DNA of 64,000 nt from Candidatus Norongarragalinales archaeon (GTDB lineage: Archaea; Micrarchaeota; Micrarchaeia; Norongarragalinales; Norongarragalinaceae): assembly GCA_038884755.1 (NCBI GenBank), contig JAWABJ010000001.1, positions 636,953 through 700,952 on the forward strand, given 5' to 3'. The position numbers and the translations under genes were made by a program. Position 1 is the first letter of the stretch. Every line of letters begins with the position of its first letter. The notes under the pieces are model-generated. The model was not told the origin of the DNA. It saw only the letters and a list, made by a program, of their open reading frames with translations, and made no database searches. Shown piece by piece: positions 10,439-19,496 of the stretch.

Positions 10439-10735
10439 TCAGCAGCGGTAATACCCGTAGTAGTCGTAGTAGCAGTTGTACTGGTATGGATAGTACGTGC
10501 CGTACGCAACGGGGTAGTAATAGTCGTAGTAACGCCCGCAGTTGTAGCCGTAACAACCGTAGTAATAGCCGTACGGATAGTAGAAATAGCCGTACGAATA
10601 CTGGTAGGGGTAGCCGTAGTTGTAATTGTTGTAGTAATAGTTGTTGTACTCGTAATAGTAATTGTGTGAAGCGCTTGCTAACGGGGCAAGGGAAAACGCC
10701 ACCATCAAGCCCATTAGAACGCTCTTCAACTCCAT
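10439..10735 (-). CDS. Secreted tyrosine-rich small protein
   Basis: Signal peptide ending ASA, then 76 aa with 38 Tyr and 4 Cys; upstream TTTAAA, downstream T-run. Confidence 0.75.
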   Translation of the reverse strand: MELKSVLMGLMVAFSLAPLASASHNYYYEYNNYYYNNYNYGYPYQYSYGYFYYPYGYYYGCYGYNCGRYYDYYYPVAYGTYYPYQYNCYYDYYGYYRC

Positions 10736-10797
10736 CCTGCACGCCCCCTTTTCAATAAAACCCTGTCGCGCTTTCGCTTTAAAGCTTTTGCCGTTTT

Positions 10798-11298
10798 TTA
10801 AAGCCTCTTGAACAGCCCGTATTCTTTCGCCCAACAGCCGAAAACTAGTCCCGAGTCTACGAACCACAATGCCGGATGCACCACGTCTATCGCCTGCGGG
10901 CCGTACTCCGCGCCCACGGCTATAGTGAAAGCTACGCGGAGCAGGTTGAAGGTGAAAAAGAAGGCGAAGTAGCCGAGCATGCGCAAGTGTGGAATGCGGG
11001 TTTTAGTGGCGTAAAGCAGCGCGAAAAACAGGGCCATCATTACCAAGCCGCTGCAGTCCACGACTATTTCGAAAGCAGCATTTTCCACCACCAAGCTCGC
11101 TCCGTCTCTCAGCACGCCGTAGCCGGCGCTTGAAAGGAGGGACTCTTGCAGTTGGGCTACGAGCAGATTGACTGGCCTGGGCTCGGCAAGCTTGAGGAGT
11201 GCGAAAATCAACGAGAAAACGGTGGTGAAATAAAACAAAAAGTGCTTTTCTTTTTCCGACAGGGAGAAAAAAGGGCGTTTGGTTTTCCGTACGTCCAT
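10798..11298 (-). CDS. Archaeosortase/exosortase family protein
   Basis: Multi-TM protein with triad motifs DCSG, NLLR and late His (DVVH). Confidence 0.85.
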   Translation of the reverse strand: MDVRKTKRPFFSLSEKEKHFLFYFTTVFSLIFALLKLAEPRPVNLLVAQLQESLLSSAGYGVLRDGASLVVENAAFEIVVDCSGLVMMALFFALLYATKTRIPHLRMLGYFAFFFTFNLLRVAFTIAVGAEYGPQAIDVVHPALWFVDSGLVFGCWAKEYGLFKRL

Positions 11299-11301
11299 AA
11301 C

Positions 11302-11829
11302 TTACCACGGCACTTTCTTCAACTGCATCTTGTGCGCAAGCCAATTGAAAAACAAGTGCAGGAAATAAGTCAAGACCAAAAGCCAAAGCACGTCCCACCC
11401 GTTCAACAGCTTGAAGACTACGGGTTGGGAGTATGCTATAAAAAGCAGGGCGACGACCAAAAACAACAACTGGTCGAGGAGAAAGTACTGCGATCCGGGT
11501 GCAAGACCCAAACGGCGTTTCACGAAACTGCCGAGCAAGTCTCCAGCCATTGCTCCGGCAGAGGCGAAAAAGGCCAGGATAATCTTGTCTTCAACCGAAA
11601 ACCACGGCATGAAAGGAAAGAGTAATGCCACGATCGCGCCGGCCAGCGTTCCCGCGACTATCCCGGAAACAAGACCGCGAACGGTTTTGGAATCGCCGAA
11701 AACGCGTTTTCCGTCGAAAAACTTCATTCCAAAATCAACTGTCGCACCGCCGCCGAAAACCACTGGCGCGCCGTTGGAAATGAAGGCTGGAAAGACCAAA
11801 AGCAAAAGTTCCACGAAATCCACGTTCAA
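11302..11829 (-). CDS. carS: CDP-archaeol synthase (DUF46)
   Basis: PAFISNGAPV, DFG, FGDSKT, GDLLGSFVKRRLG, LDQL, KKVPW. Confidence 0.93.
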   Translation of the reverse strand: MNVDFVELLLLVFPAFISNGAPVVFGGGATVDFGMKFFDGKRVFGDSKTVRGLVSGIVAGTLAGAIVALLFPFMPWFSVEDKIILAFFASAGAMAGDLLGSFVKRRLGLAPGSQYFLLDQLLFLVVALLFIAYSQPVVFKLLNGWDVLWLLVLTYFLHLFFNWLAHKMQLKKVPW

Positions 11830-11896
11830 AACCCCACGCGGGTGAAAGAATTTGTTTTAAGCAATGCTTTTAACCGTTCGTTTGAAAAAAATATTA

Positions 11897-12052
11897 ATGA
11901 CAGTCCAAGGTGACGACATAGTAAAATCGTGCAGGAACTGCTGGAACCAGCATTCTTTCGGCATCAGGCTTTCCGAAAGCAGGGGAATTCTGCACTGCCC
12001 CATCTGCCACCAAAAGTACGTGGTGGAAAAAGGGTTTTTGAAGACGGTTTGA
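11897..12052 (+). CDS. Small zinc-ribbon protein
   Basis: CxxC...CPIC in 51 aa. Confidence 0.6.
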   Translation: MTVQGDDIVKSCRNCWNQHSFGIRLSESRGILHCPICHQKYVVEKGFLKTV

Positions 12053-12065
12053 AAGGGATTGCAAA

Positions 12066-12599
12066 ATGGGTTGGCTCGTTTCCAAAAAAGACTTCGAGGT
12101 CGAAGACGAGCGCAAGCTCGAGCCGCTTTTCAAGGAAGCGGTGGAATACGGCGCCGTTTTGAGCGTGCTGCACTTCGACGCCCACGCCAAGGAATCCAAC
12201 GCGGTGAAAGACTCTCTGGTGGATTTCCTCTCGCGCCTGACCAAGGAAGAGGGAGTGTTGTACTGCAAGGGGGAAATCGAGGAAACGGTAGGAAGCGAGC
12301 AGGAAGGCTTTTCATCCACCGCCGAAGTCAAGATTCTCACGGACTCTTTCCCAACGCTCCTCCGCATTTCCATGCGCTACGGGCCGGTGGCGTTGGAAAT
12401 CCTCGAGCCTCGGGAAATCAAGATGAACGTTCCCGAAATGCAGGATCTATTGTTGAGCGCAAGCGAAATCTCCAAGCAATACGCGTCTTACGTAGTCGAA
12501 AAAATTTGGGGGAAGGAAGAGCTGGAGAAATACCGCGAGCGCGTGATGAGGCAGTTGGAAGAAGGAAGGAAGCTTCGCGAAAAGGCTGAAAAGGAATAG
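12066..12599 (+). CDS. Conserved hypothetical archaeal protein
   Basis: 177-aa ORF with FSSTAEV...RYGPVALEILEP. Confidence 0.75.
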   Translation: MGWLVSKKDFEVEDERKLEPLFKEAVEYGAVLSVLHFDAHAKESNAVKDSLVDFLSRLTKEEGVLYCKGEIEETVGSEQEGFSSTAEVKILTDSFPTLLRISMRYGPVALEILEPREIKMNVPEMQDLLLSASEISKQYASYVVEKIWGKEELEKYRERVMRQLEEGRKLREKAEKE

Positions 12600-12610
12600 A
12601 ATACGTTTTT

Positions 12611-14197
12611 CTATTGCTTGAACAATTCTTCAGCCACGACCCCGTAAGCCGGACGCGTCACCGCAATGCCCAAAATCACTCCGAGCATGGTTGCAACAGC
12701 AAAGCCCGTCACTTCGACTATTCCGCTGGAAAACAGGGGGAACATCGAAGCTATGGATATCCCCGCGGTGGTGAAAACAATGAAGAAAGCGCGGGAGAGC
12801 TTTTCCTTAGCCCCGACTTCGGCCTCGTTTTCCCTTCGCTTTCTCGAAAACTCGTCGGTAATCACGATTTGGTTGTCCACTCCCGTTCCTATTATCGCGA
12901 TTACTCCAGCCATCGCGCTGAGGTCGAGCGTGCCGAAAGTGCCGAGTATCGCGAGAAGCAAAACCAATTCTATTATGCTTGTCGCGACTATGGGCAGTAT
13001 GAGTAAAAGCTTGCGGTAGCGTAGGGTGAGAAAGAGAGAAACGGCGAATACGGCGAAGAACAACGCAAACATACTGTAAAACAAGAATTGCCTACCCAGC
13101 GAGGGGGAAACGTCGTAATAGCTTCCCACTATGGTCGTTACTGGCAGCCTGCCGCCGGAAAGGATGCTTTTCAACTCCCTCAATTCCACGAGCGCGTTCT
13201 GCTGCTGTTCTTCAGGCGTAGCGCCCGAAGACATTCCGGTAATGGAATATTGCGTTATCGCATTTTGGCCCAGCGGTTCCACCTGCAACGTGGGCGCGGA
13301 GCGGAGGCCTATCGCCTTCCAAGAAAATACGCTGGAGCCGAACTGGGCTTCGAAAGACTGCGGAACGAAGTCCGCGTCTGGCTTTACCACTATTTTCTTT
13401 TCTGACTCAGGGTTTTCAGAAAACCCGCTTTCCTCCAAAACGCGTTTTACTCGCGGGTTCCCTTCCAAAAGCCCTTTCCCTACGACCACGCGCGTCTTGC
13501 CCTGCAGCGAAGAGTTGGAAACGTCTTCAGCGAAAACAAGCGTTATGTCGTCGCCTTGCTTGCGCAAAACGTCTTCAAGCGAATCTTGCGGAATTCCCGC
13601 GATCGCGCTCTTGTTCAGCAAAAGAACCGCGTTTTCAGGCCGGTCGAGAAACATCAAAACCGGAAAACCCCTTTTACCCTTGGCAGCCTGCGCGAAAAAC
13701 AACTCCCCCTCTCCGGTAATCGCGAAAGTCAAGCCCCACTGCGCGCCTCCTGCAGTGTTGGTTATTGTCTCGCCCCCGCTTCCGCCAATCGCGTTCGCTA
13801 TCACGTGCTCGCCGCTTAAAGCCTGCCTTCCGTCGATAATCGCCTCGAACTTCCCTTGCTCGCGCAAAATCCGTTCTATGTTTTCGATTACTTTCGAGTC
13901 TGCGCGCGGTATTTCCACGATTATTTCCTTATCGCCTAACGGCCTTACTATCGCCTGGCTTAACCCAAACGCATTGATGCGCGTTTTGATAGTGTCCACC
14001 ATCGACTGCATGGTTTCAGAGTCCACGCTCCGCTCTAGGGAAATGGGCACGCGCACGCCGCCGACGAATTCTATGCCCATGTGCGCGTCGAACGTCGCGG
14101 GGTTAAAGTCTTTCAAAAACAGCAGGCCTAACGCTATTACGAACGCAAGCAAGACCACTTGAACCCTGCGCCTTTGCAAAAGCTCTTTCCAACCCAT
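12611..14197 (-). CDS. secD: Protein translocase subunit SecD
   Basis: GIEFVGG, RINAFG, VSPSLG, GTGVDNQIVI, TRPAY. Confidence 0.92.
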   Translation of the reverse strand: MGWKELLQRRRVQVVLLAFVIALGLLFLKDFNPATFDAHMGIEFVGGVRVPISLERSVDSETMQSMVDTIKTRINAFGLSQAIVRPLGDKEIIVEIPRADSKVIENIERILREQGKFEAIIDGRQALSGEHVIANAIGGSGGETITNTAGGAQWGLTFAITGEGELFFAQAAKGKRGFPVLMFLDRPENAVLLLNKSAIAGIPQDSLEDVLRKQGDDITLVFAEDVSNSSLQGKTRVVVGKGLLEGNPRVKRVLEESGFSENPESEKKIVVKPDADFVPQSFEAQFGSSVFSWKAIGLRSAPTLQVEPLGQNAITQYSITGMSSGATPEEQQQNALVELRELKSILSGGRLPVTTIVGSYYDVSPSLGRQFLFYSMFALFFAVFAVSLFLTLRYRKLLLILPIVATSIIELVLLLAILGTFGTLDLSAMAGVIAIIGTGVDNQIVITDEFSRKRRENEAEVGAKEKLSRAFFIVFTTAGISIASMFPLFSSGIVEVTGFAVATMLGVILGIAVTRPAYGVVAEELFKQ

Positions 14198-14199
14198 TT

Positions 14200-15282
14200 T
14201 TACACGCTCTTTTCCTTGCGCTCGACGCTCCACAATATCAAAGGCGCGTTGCCCATCCAAGTCGCGATGGAGTCGACCAGCGCACCTATCACGGCGACTG
14301 CGCCGACCTGGTAGTAGAACGGAATTTGCAGCAACAGCGACAAAGCAAGCAGGGTCCCGAACGCGATGAGCACGGACGCGTTCATAGTCAAGCCGGTTTT
14401 CATCGCGTCAAAAGCCCTTTGCGCAGCCGTCCCTTCCTTGCGTTTTACCACGCGCGCGGTAAGCATCACATCCGTGTCAAGCGAAAATCCGATTAGCATG
14501 AGCAAGGCAGCGACGCTCGCGAGAGTCAAAGGAATTCCCACTAAACCCATTACCCCGGCGGTTATGACTATGTCTGCAACCGCCCCGAAAATCACCGCGA
14601 AACTGGACGCCCACGCGCGGAATATTAGGAAGATTATGACTGCCGAGAGAATGAAAGAATACAAAACGACTTCGCGGGTTTTAGTGACGAAAAACTTGCT
14701 TAGCGAAGAGCCGACTTCCTTGAACGAAGCGTTTTCGACGGAAACCACGCTTGCCAGGGCTTGCGAAACTTCGTGCCTGTAAGAGCTTCGCGCGTTCAAA
14801 AACGCCTGTTGCGCCTGCTCTACCGCTTTTCGCGCATCAGGCTCGCCCAACTGCCTTTCGGAAAACAGCGAGTTCAACTCCCGGGCTTTTGCTAAAACCT
14901 GCCGCCCTTTTTCCGCAGCAAGAGGTGAATTCGCTATTTCCAATTGCACGAGCTCGTTGTTCAAGGAATTCATTTCCGACAAGAGCGTTTCGCCTTTCGC
15001 TAGGTTCTCGTCGGAAGGAATTTCTATTTCCACCCCGCTTCCGGCGGGCGAGGAGAAACTGCGTATGCTTGCAGAGCCGAATTGCGCCAAAGCACCCTGA
15101 ATTTCAACTATTTTTTTTGGCGAAACCTCGCCGTCAGTAAAAACGGTTATGAGCAACCCTCCTCTCAAGTCAATGCCTTGCGGTATTTGCGGAATGTAGA
15201 ACAAAGCCGCAACGATTAGCACTAAGGGGAACACGAAATACAATTTGTAGTGCTTGTTTTCGTAAGGGTTGGAAATATGCAT
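14200..15282 (-). CDS. secF: Protein translocase subunit SecF
   Basis: GIDLRGG, VGSSL, LMLIGFSLDTDVML. Confidence 0.92.
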   Translation of the reverse strand: MHISNPYENKHYKLYFVFPLVLIVAALFYIPQIPQGIDLRGGLLITVFTDGEVSPKKIVEIQGALAQFGSASIRSFSSPAGSGVEIEIPSDENLAKGETLLSEMNSLNNELVQLEIANSPLAAEKGRQVLAKARELNSLFSERQLGEPDARKAVEQAQQAFLNARSSYRHEVSQALASVVSVENASFKEVGSSLSKFFVTKTREVVLYSFILSAVIIFLIFRAWASSFAVIFGAVADIVITAGVMGLVGIPLTLASVAALLMLIGFSLDTDVMLTARVVKRKEGTAAQRAFDAMKTGLTMNASVLIAFGTLLALSLLLQIPFYYQVGAVAVIGALVDSIATWMGNAPLILWSVERKEKSV

Positions 15283-15417
15283 TTTGAGTAAGCCCACCGT
15301 TTAGCGCCCTATCAGTGATGATTAAAAGCCGCTTAGAAAAACTAGGCGCGAGAGGCTTAAAAACTCTTTTGAAAAGCAAAGGGTTTTTCTTGATTGGCAT
15401 GGAAGATTATTGTTCAA

Positions 15418-15587
15418 GCAGGGGTAGCGAAGCCTGGTCAAGAACCTTTTTGCTCTCGCAAAAAGCTTCACCAAAAACGCGACAGGTTCAGGGCCTGTTC
15501 TCTCAGGAGTTCGAGGGTTCAAATTGAGCAAAGCGCTGGCTTTGCAACGTTTCACTCGCTTTGCTCGTGAAACTCCCTCCCCCTGCA
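15418..15587 (+). tRNA. tRNA-Leu(CAG) with two introns (15441-15475 in D-loop; 15524-15573 at 59/60)
   Basis: Spliced form matches the tRNA-Leu(UAG) at 52704; BHB helices TGGT/ACCA and TTCA/TGAA. Confidence 0.9.
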
Positions 15588-15651
15588 CTTAGACCTGCGG
15601 AAAGCATGGAGTATAAAATCAGCCCCGCTACTATATCCTATAGAAGAGGTA

Positions 15652-16098
15652 ATGGGCTATATGGCAAGCAACACCAAAAAGAGCATGCAGAAGTCCAAGG
15701 GATTCTCGGACTTTGAGCGTGAAGCGATGAAAGAGCGCGCCCAAGAGCTGATGGCGGGCAAGGCCGACGGGGAAAGCGCCATGCTCACGAAGATCGCCGA
15801 GATGCCGGAACCGGATCGCACGATGGCCAAGCGGCTCCATGCTATCGTCAAAGCCAGCGCGCCAGCCCTCTCACCCAAAACCTGGTATGGAATGCCCGCT
15901 TACGCCAACAAAGACGGCAAGGTCGTCTGCTTCTTCCAAAGCGCAAAGAAGTTCAAAACGAGGTATGCTGCACTGGGTTTTAGCGACGCGGCAAATCTTG
16001 ACGAAGGCGCCATGTGGCCGACCACCTTCGCGCTGAAGAAATTGACTGCCGCAGAAGAGGCAAAAATCGCCGCGCTCGTGAAGAAAGCAGTAAGCTGA
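15652..16098 (+). CDS. DUF1801 (YdhG-like) protein
   Basis: [32 protein letters not shown]. Confidence 0.85.
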   Translation: MGYMASNTKKSMQKSKGFSDFEREAMKERAQELMAGKADGESAMLTKIAEMPEPDRTMAKRLHAIVKASAPALSPKTWYGMPAYANKDGKVVCFFQSAKKFKTRYAALGFSDAANLDEGAMWPTTFALKKLTAAEEAKIAALVKKAVS

Positions 16099-16169
16099 CA
16101 AAGTTTACCACGGGGCTCCGTGCAGATGGCTGCAGCGTTGCCCGGCTGGATCCCTTAAGCGTTCAGAGC

Positions 16170-16568
16170 TCAAATCCAACCAGCCTTTTTGTAGGCTCTA
16201 ATCCCTTCCTTGAGCAAAACTCCCAAGTCCTCCAGCACCTGCGCGTCAAGCGAAGAAACGTTGAAGCAAGACTTTCCCTTCAAAAACTTTCTCGTCAACG
16301 GACTTTTCGTCTTGCTCAACAGCGCAGGGTGAGAGTATACAGGCATGGAGTAAAAGCCCACGAAAGTCTTTTGCAGTATTATTCCTGCAACGTAGGTCTT
16401 CTTCGGCTTTCTCACGGGTATAGAAACTTCCTTCCTACCGTAAAGGTGCAAACCGGGCGTTCCTCCCTTAGCTCGCGAACCTACAATCGTAGGACGAAGC
16501 TCCAAACCATTGGAGTTGTCTTTCAAAAGTTTTGCTAGAGACTTGAAAACAACATTCAAGTTTTCCAA
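16170..16568 (-). CDS. DUF1801-like protein (start uncertain)
   Basis: VGFYSMPVY...LKGKSCFN...YKKAGWI. Confidence 0.7.
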   Translation of the reverse strand: MENLNVVFKSLAKLLKDNSNGLELRPTIVGSRAKGGTPGLHLYGRKEVSIPVRKPKKTYVAGIILQKTFVGFYSMPVYSHPALLSKTKSPLTRKFLKGKSCFNVSSLDAQVLEDLGVLLKEGIRAYKKAGWI

Positions 16569-16602
16569 GTTCTTCCAACCTGTTTGGAGAAAACAAAAAA
16601 AG

Positions 16603-17034
16603 CTAGAGGCTCTTCTTCTCAACTTTAGACTCGAATTGCTCGTCGTTCAATTGCCCGTTCACCCAAGCTTCGACGTCAGCGTTCGCCACAGTCCACATTG
16701 TCGTAGCGTTCCCACCGGAATATTGCACTGCGATTATTTTCTGCGAGCCTTGAGAGCTTGCAGAAGCAGCGCCTATCACGAACTTTTGCATGACGCCGGA
16801 ATCAAAGCCTTCAGGCAATTCATACGCAACATACGCTTGCGCTTCGCTCACGTCGACAAAAGGCTCCTGAATACCGCCCCCCAACAACGTCGCATATAAT
16901 TCAGTATTCCGAAGAGCCTGCTCTTCTTCAGGGTCGCTGTATTCGGCAACACCCTGCTGTGCGAAGAGGAGAAAATAAGCGGCGCCCGCGAGAGCGAGAA
17001 CGACGACGATTGCGATTATTGCAAGCTTATTCAT
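16603..17034 (-). CDS. Membrane-anchored hypothetical protein
   Basis: N-terminal TM helix followed by an acidic soluble domain. Confidence 0.7.
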   Translation of the reverse strand: MNKLAIIAIVVVLALAGAAYFLLFAQQGVAEYSDPEEEQALRNTELYATLLGGGIQEPFVDVSEAQAYVAYELPEGFDSGVMQKFVIGAASASSQGSQKIIAVQYSGGNATTMWTVANADVEAWVNGQLNDEQFESKVEKKSL

Positions 17035-17037
17035 TTT

Positions 17038-17832
17038 TTATCTCCTGTTTCCCCATCGGTTTCTTGAATCCAGAGGGCCCAAGTCTATGGTGCGCGTGTT
17101 CATCAAATGCCGGGCGGTGTTCGAATGAGCGCCTATCCCCATCATGTAAGCGAATTGCGCGGGCCCGTGAAGGTTGGGATTGAGCAGCGCAATGTCGGCA
17201 GGCCCTATCAAGCCCGGATTCAAACGCAGAATGTCGTTCGGGCCGATCAAGCCGGGGTTTATCTTGAAAATGTTCCACGGGCCTACGGCGTTAGGGCTTC
17301 TGCTGACAGTGTCGTAAATCAAGCCCGGGCTGCGAGCGAGATAACCGGGCGGTCGCGCGAAGTAAATGCCGAAATTACGGGCATCGTTCGAGTAAAACTC
17401 GTGGCGCGGAGAAGTATACCAAGTTCGTGCGGGACACGAAGCTTGCGCGCGGATTGCAGCTTGGATTGCAGCGTGTTTTGAAGCGTCAATCGCGTATATC
17501 GTAATCGCATTCTTGGACAAAAGGCATTTCAAATGTGAAGCCTTGTCTTCAGCGTTCGATAGCGAGCGCATTGCGTTATCCGTAGTCGTGATAGTGAAAT
17601 CCGGTTCCCCCCCGCTGGCGCGCGAAAACTCGGCGCCATTCCAAGAGTAGAAGTCGTTTTGGCTTCCCACGCGGATTTGAACCAACGCCTTCGAGCCGAG
17701 CAACTGCCTCATTTCGGGAGTGCCGGCCGCTTGGTTGACGAGAGTCTGCAGTTCTTCCGCGCTCGCGGCGTAAGTAGAGGCGAATAATAATAGTAACGCT
17801 ATTGCTCCCCACGCCTTCATAGTAAAAACCAA
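17038..17832 (-). CDS. Secreted hypothetical protein with C-terminal ~13-aa NPGLIGP repeats
   Basis: Signal peptide; repeats INPGLIGP, LNPGLIGP, LNPNLHGP. Confidence 0.7.
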   Translation of the reverse strand: MVFTMKAWGAIALLLLFASTYAASAEELQTLVNQAAGTPEMRQLLGSKALVQIRVGSQNDFYSWNGAEFSRASGGEPDFTITTTDNAMRSLSNAEDKASHLKCLLSKNAITIYAIDASKHAAIQAAIRAQASCPARTWYTSPRHEFYSNDARNFGIYFARPPGYLARSPGLIYDTVSRSPNAVGPWNIFKINPGLIGPNDILRLNPGLIGPADIALLNPNLHGPAQFAYMMGIGAHSNTARHLMNTRTIDLGPLDSRNRWGNRR

Positions 17833-17894
17833 CTCAAAGGTTGTTTAAAAAACGTTGCTTACGCTTTTTTCTCCCTGCAATCGTGTCAAGGAAG

Positions 17895-19193
17895 TCAAGG
17901 CGTCAGCCTGTTCCTGTCGCGCGGGAACAAAGCGCACTCGCGAATATTACTGCGATTAGCAAGCTTCATGCAAAAACGCTCGGCGCCGATGCTCCAGCCT
18001 GCGTGCGGAACCGCGCCGTATCGAAACGCGTTGACATACCACTCGAAATCCGCCGGCTTGAGGTTTCGGGCTTTCAACTGCGCTACAAGCGTGTCGGGAT
18101 CATGTATTCTCTGCGCGCCGCTCGCTATTTCCAATCCTTTGAAAACCAAATCGTAAGATTTGCATACTTTCGGGTTTTCTTCCAAAGGCATTGCGTAGAA
18201 CGCGCGGGAAAGCGTGGGCCACCGGATTGTGAAAAACGCGTCAGCTCCGAGAATCTTCGGAAGCTGGGAATCGGCTTCTTTAGGAATGTCTTGGCCCCAG
18301 TCCACTTTGAACCCTTTCTTGTCGAGTTTTTCCAAAACCTCGTCGTAAGTGAAGCGCGGAACTTCCTTCGGAATTTCGTACTCCGCGTCCAAAAGCTTCA
18401 ATTGCGCGGCGCAGTTTTTCTTGACGCTCTTCAAAACGTGCAAAAAGAATTCTTCCAAGTAATCGAGCGCCTTGAAATCGTCTATGAAAGCGCATTCGAT
18501 ATCCATCTGAGTGCTTTCGTTCAAATGCACGGTCGTATTGTGCTTTTCAGCTCTGAAAACGGGAACAGTCATGAACACTCGCGTCATTCCGCCCAACACG
18601 GCCAGTTGTTTGTAAAGCTGCGGGCTTTGAGCCAGGAAAGCTTTCTTTTCAAAATATTTAACCTCAAAAACGTCCGTCCCGCCTTCACTCGCGCTTTCCA
18701 AAAGCGTCGGGGGGTTTATTTCCTGGAAGCCCAGTTCAATAGCTTTTTCGCGGAACGCCTTTTGCAATTCCGCGCGGATTTTGAAAGTAGCCTGGGTTTC
18801 CAAACGCCTCAAGTCCACGGAACGGTTGTCCAAACGCACGTCAATGTCTGCAGGAACTTTGCCCGTCAATTCGAACGGGACTTGTTTTACAACTTTCCCC
18901 AGGATTTCGATTTTCGAAGGCGAGATTTCGCACCCGAAGGCGGAAACGCCCGGGTTTTTCTTTACCGTGCCTTCGACGAAAACGCTTGTTTCCTTCACCA
19001 GAGTTTCGGCTGCCTTGGCGAGTTCGGGTTGTTCGATTTTTTTTATCGTCACCTGCGCCAAGCCGCCTTTCTCGCGAAGCACCAGGAACAAGAGTTTTCC
19101 CACGTCGCGCTTTTCGTGCACCCAACCCGCAACTCGCACGCGCTTTCCGTCGAGCTCGGGGGTTATTTGGGACAAGGAGTGAGTCAATTCCAT
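17895..19193 (-). CDS. aspS: Aspartate-tRNA ligase (archaeal type)
   Basis: OB fold, SEGG, LAQSPQLYKQ, FRAE, EIASGAQRIH, FPRD. Confidence 0.96.
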   Translation of the reverse strand: MELTHSLSQITPELDGKRVRVAGWVHEKRDVGKLLFLVLREKGGLAQVTIKKIEQPELAKAAETLVKETSVFVEGTVKKNPGVSAFGCEISPSKIEILGKVVKQVPFELTGKVPADIDVRLDNRSVDLRRLETQATFKIRAELQKAFREKAIELGFQEINPPTLLESASEGGTDVFEVKYFEKKAFLAQSPQLYKQLAVLGGMTRVFMTVPVFRAEKHNTTVHLNESTQMDIECAFIDDFKALDYLEEFFLHVLKSVKKNCAAQLKLLDAEYEIPKEVPRFTYDEVLEKLDKKGFKVDWGQDIPKEADSQLPKILGADAFFTIRWPTLSRAFYAMPLEENPKVCKSYDLVFKGLEIASGAQRIHDPDTLVAQLKARNLKPADFEWYVNAFRYGAVPHAGWSIGAERFCMKLANRSNIRECALFPRDRNRLTP

Positions 19194-19247
19194 GCGAAAT
19201 CCACCAAATTACTTATAAGCGAGGTTGTTTTTTAAATTGAGAACGTA

Positions 19248-19379
19248 TGGGGGATCTGAGATTCGAAGTCCGGAGCTTTTCTTTCTTTTCCAAGGTTTTC
19301 TTTCTTTCGCAAAGAAAGAAAAGCTTCTCAGGTCGCCAGCTCCCAAAGCTGGCAGGATACCAGGCTACCCCAATCCCCC
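19248..19379 (-). tRNA. tRNA-Pro(UGG) with 59-nt intron at 53/54 (19268-19326)
   Basis: Anticodon loop TTTGGGA; removing the insert gives T-arm CTGAG-TTCGAAT-CTCAG; relaxed BHB. Confidence 0.92.
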
Positions 19380-19496
19380 GTGATTACAAAATTGCGGGCT
19401 GGAGGGAAATAAAACAAGCGGTTTCGCATACGTATTTATTCGCAAAACCTTTTTTCCTTTAAAACGGTTTTTTGGAAAGAGGGGAAAAGACGCGGG

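Noticed and set aside
10439..11298. Tyr-rich peptide as substrate of the adjacent archaeosortase
   Set aside because: It lacks the C-terminal motif-TM-basic sorting signal and appears to have its own promoter
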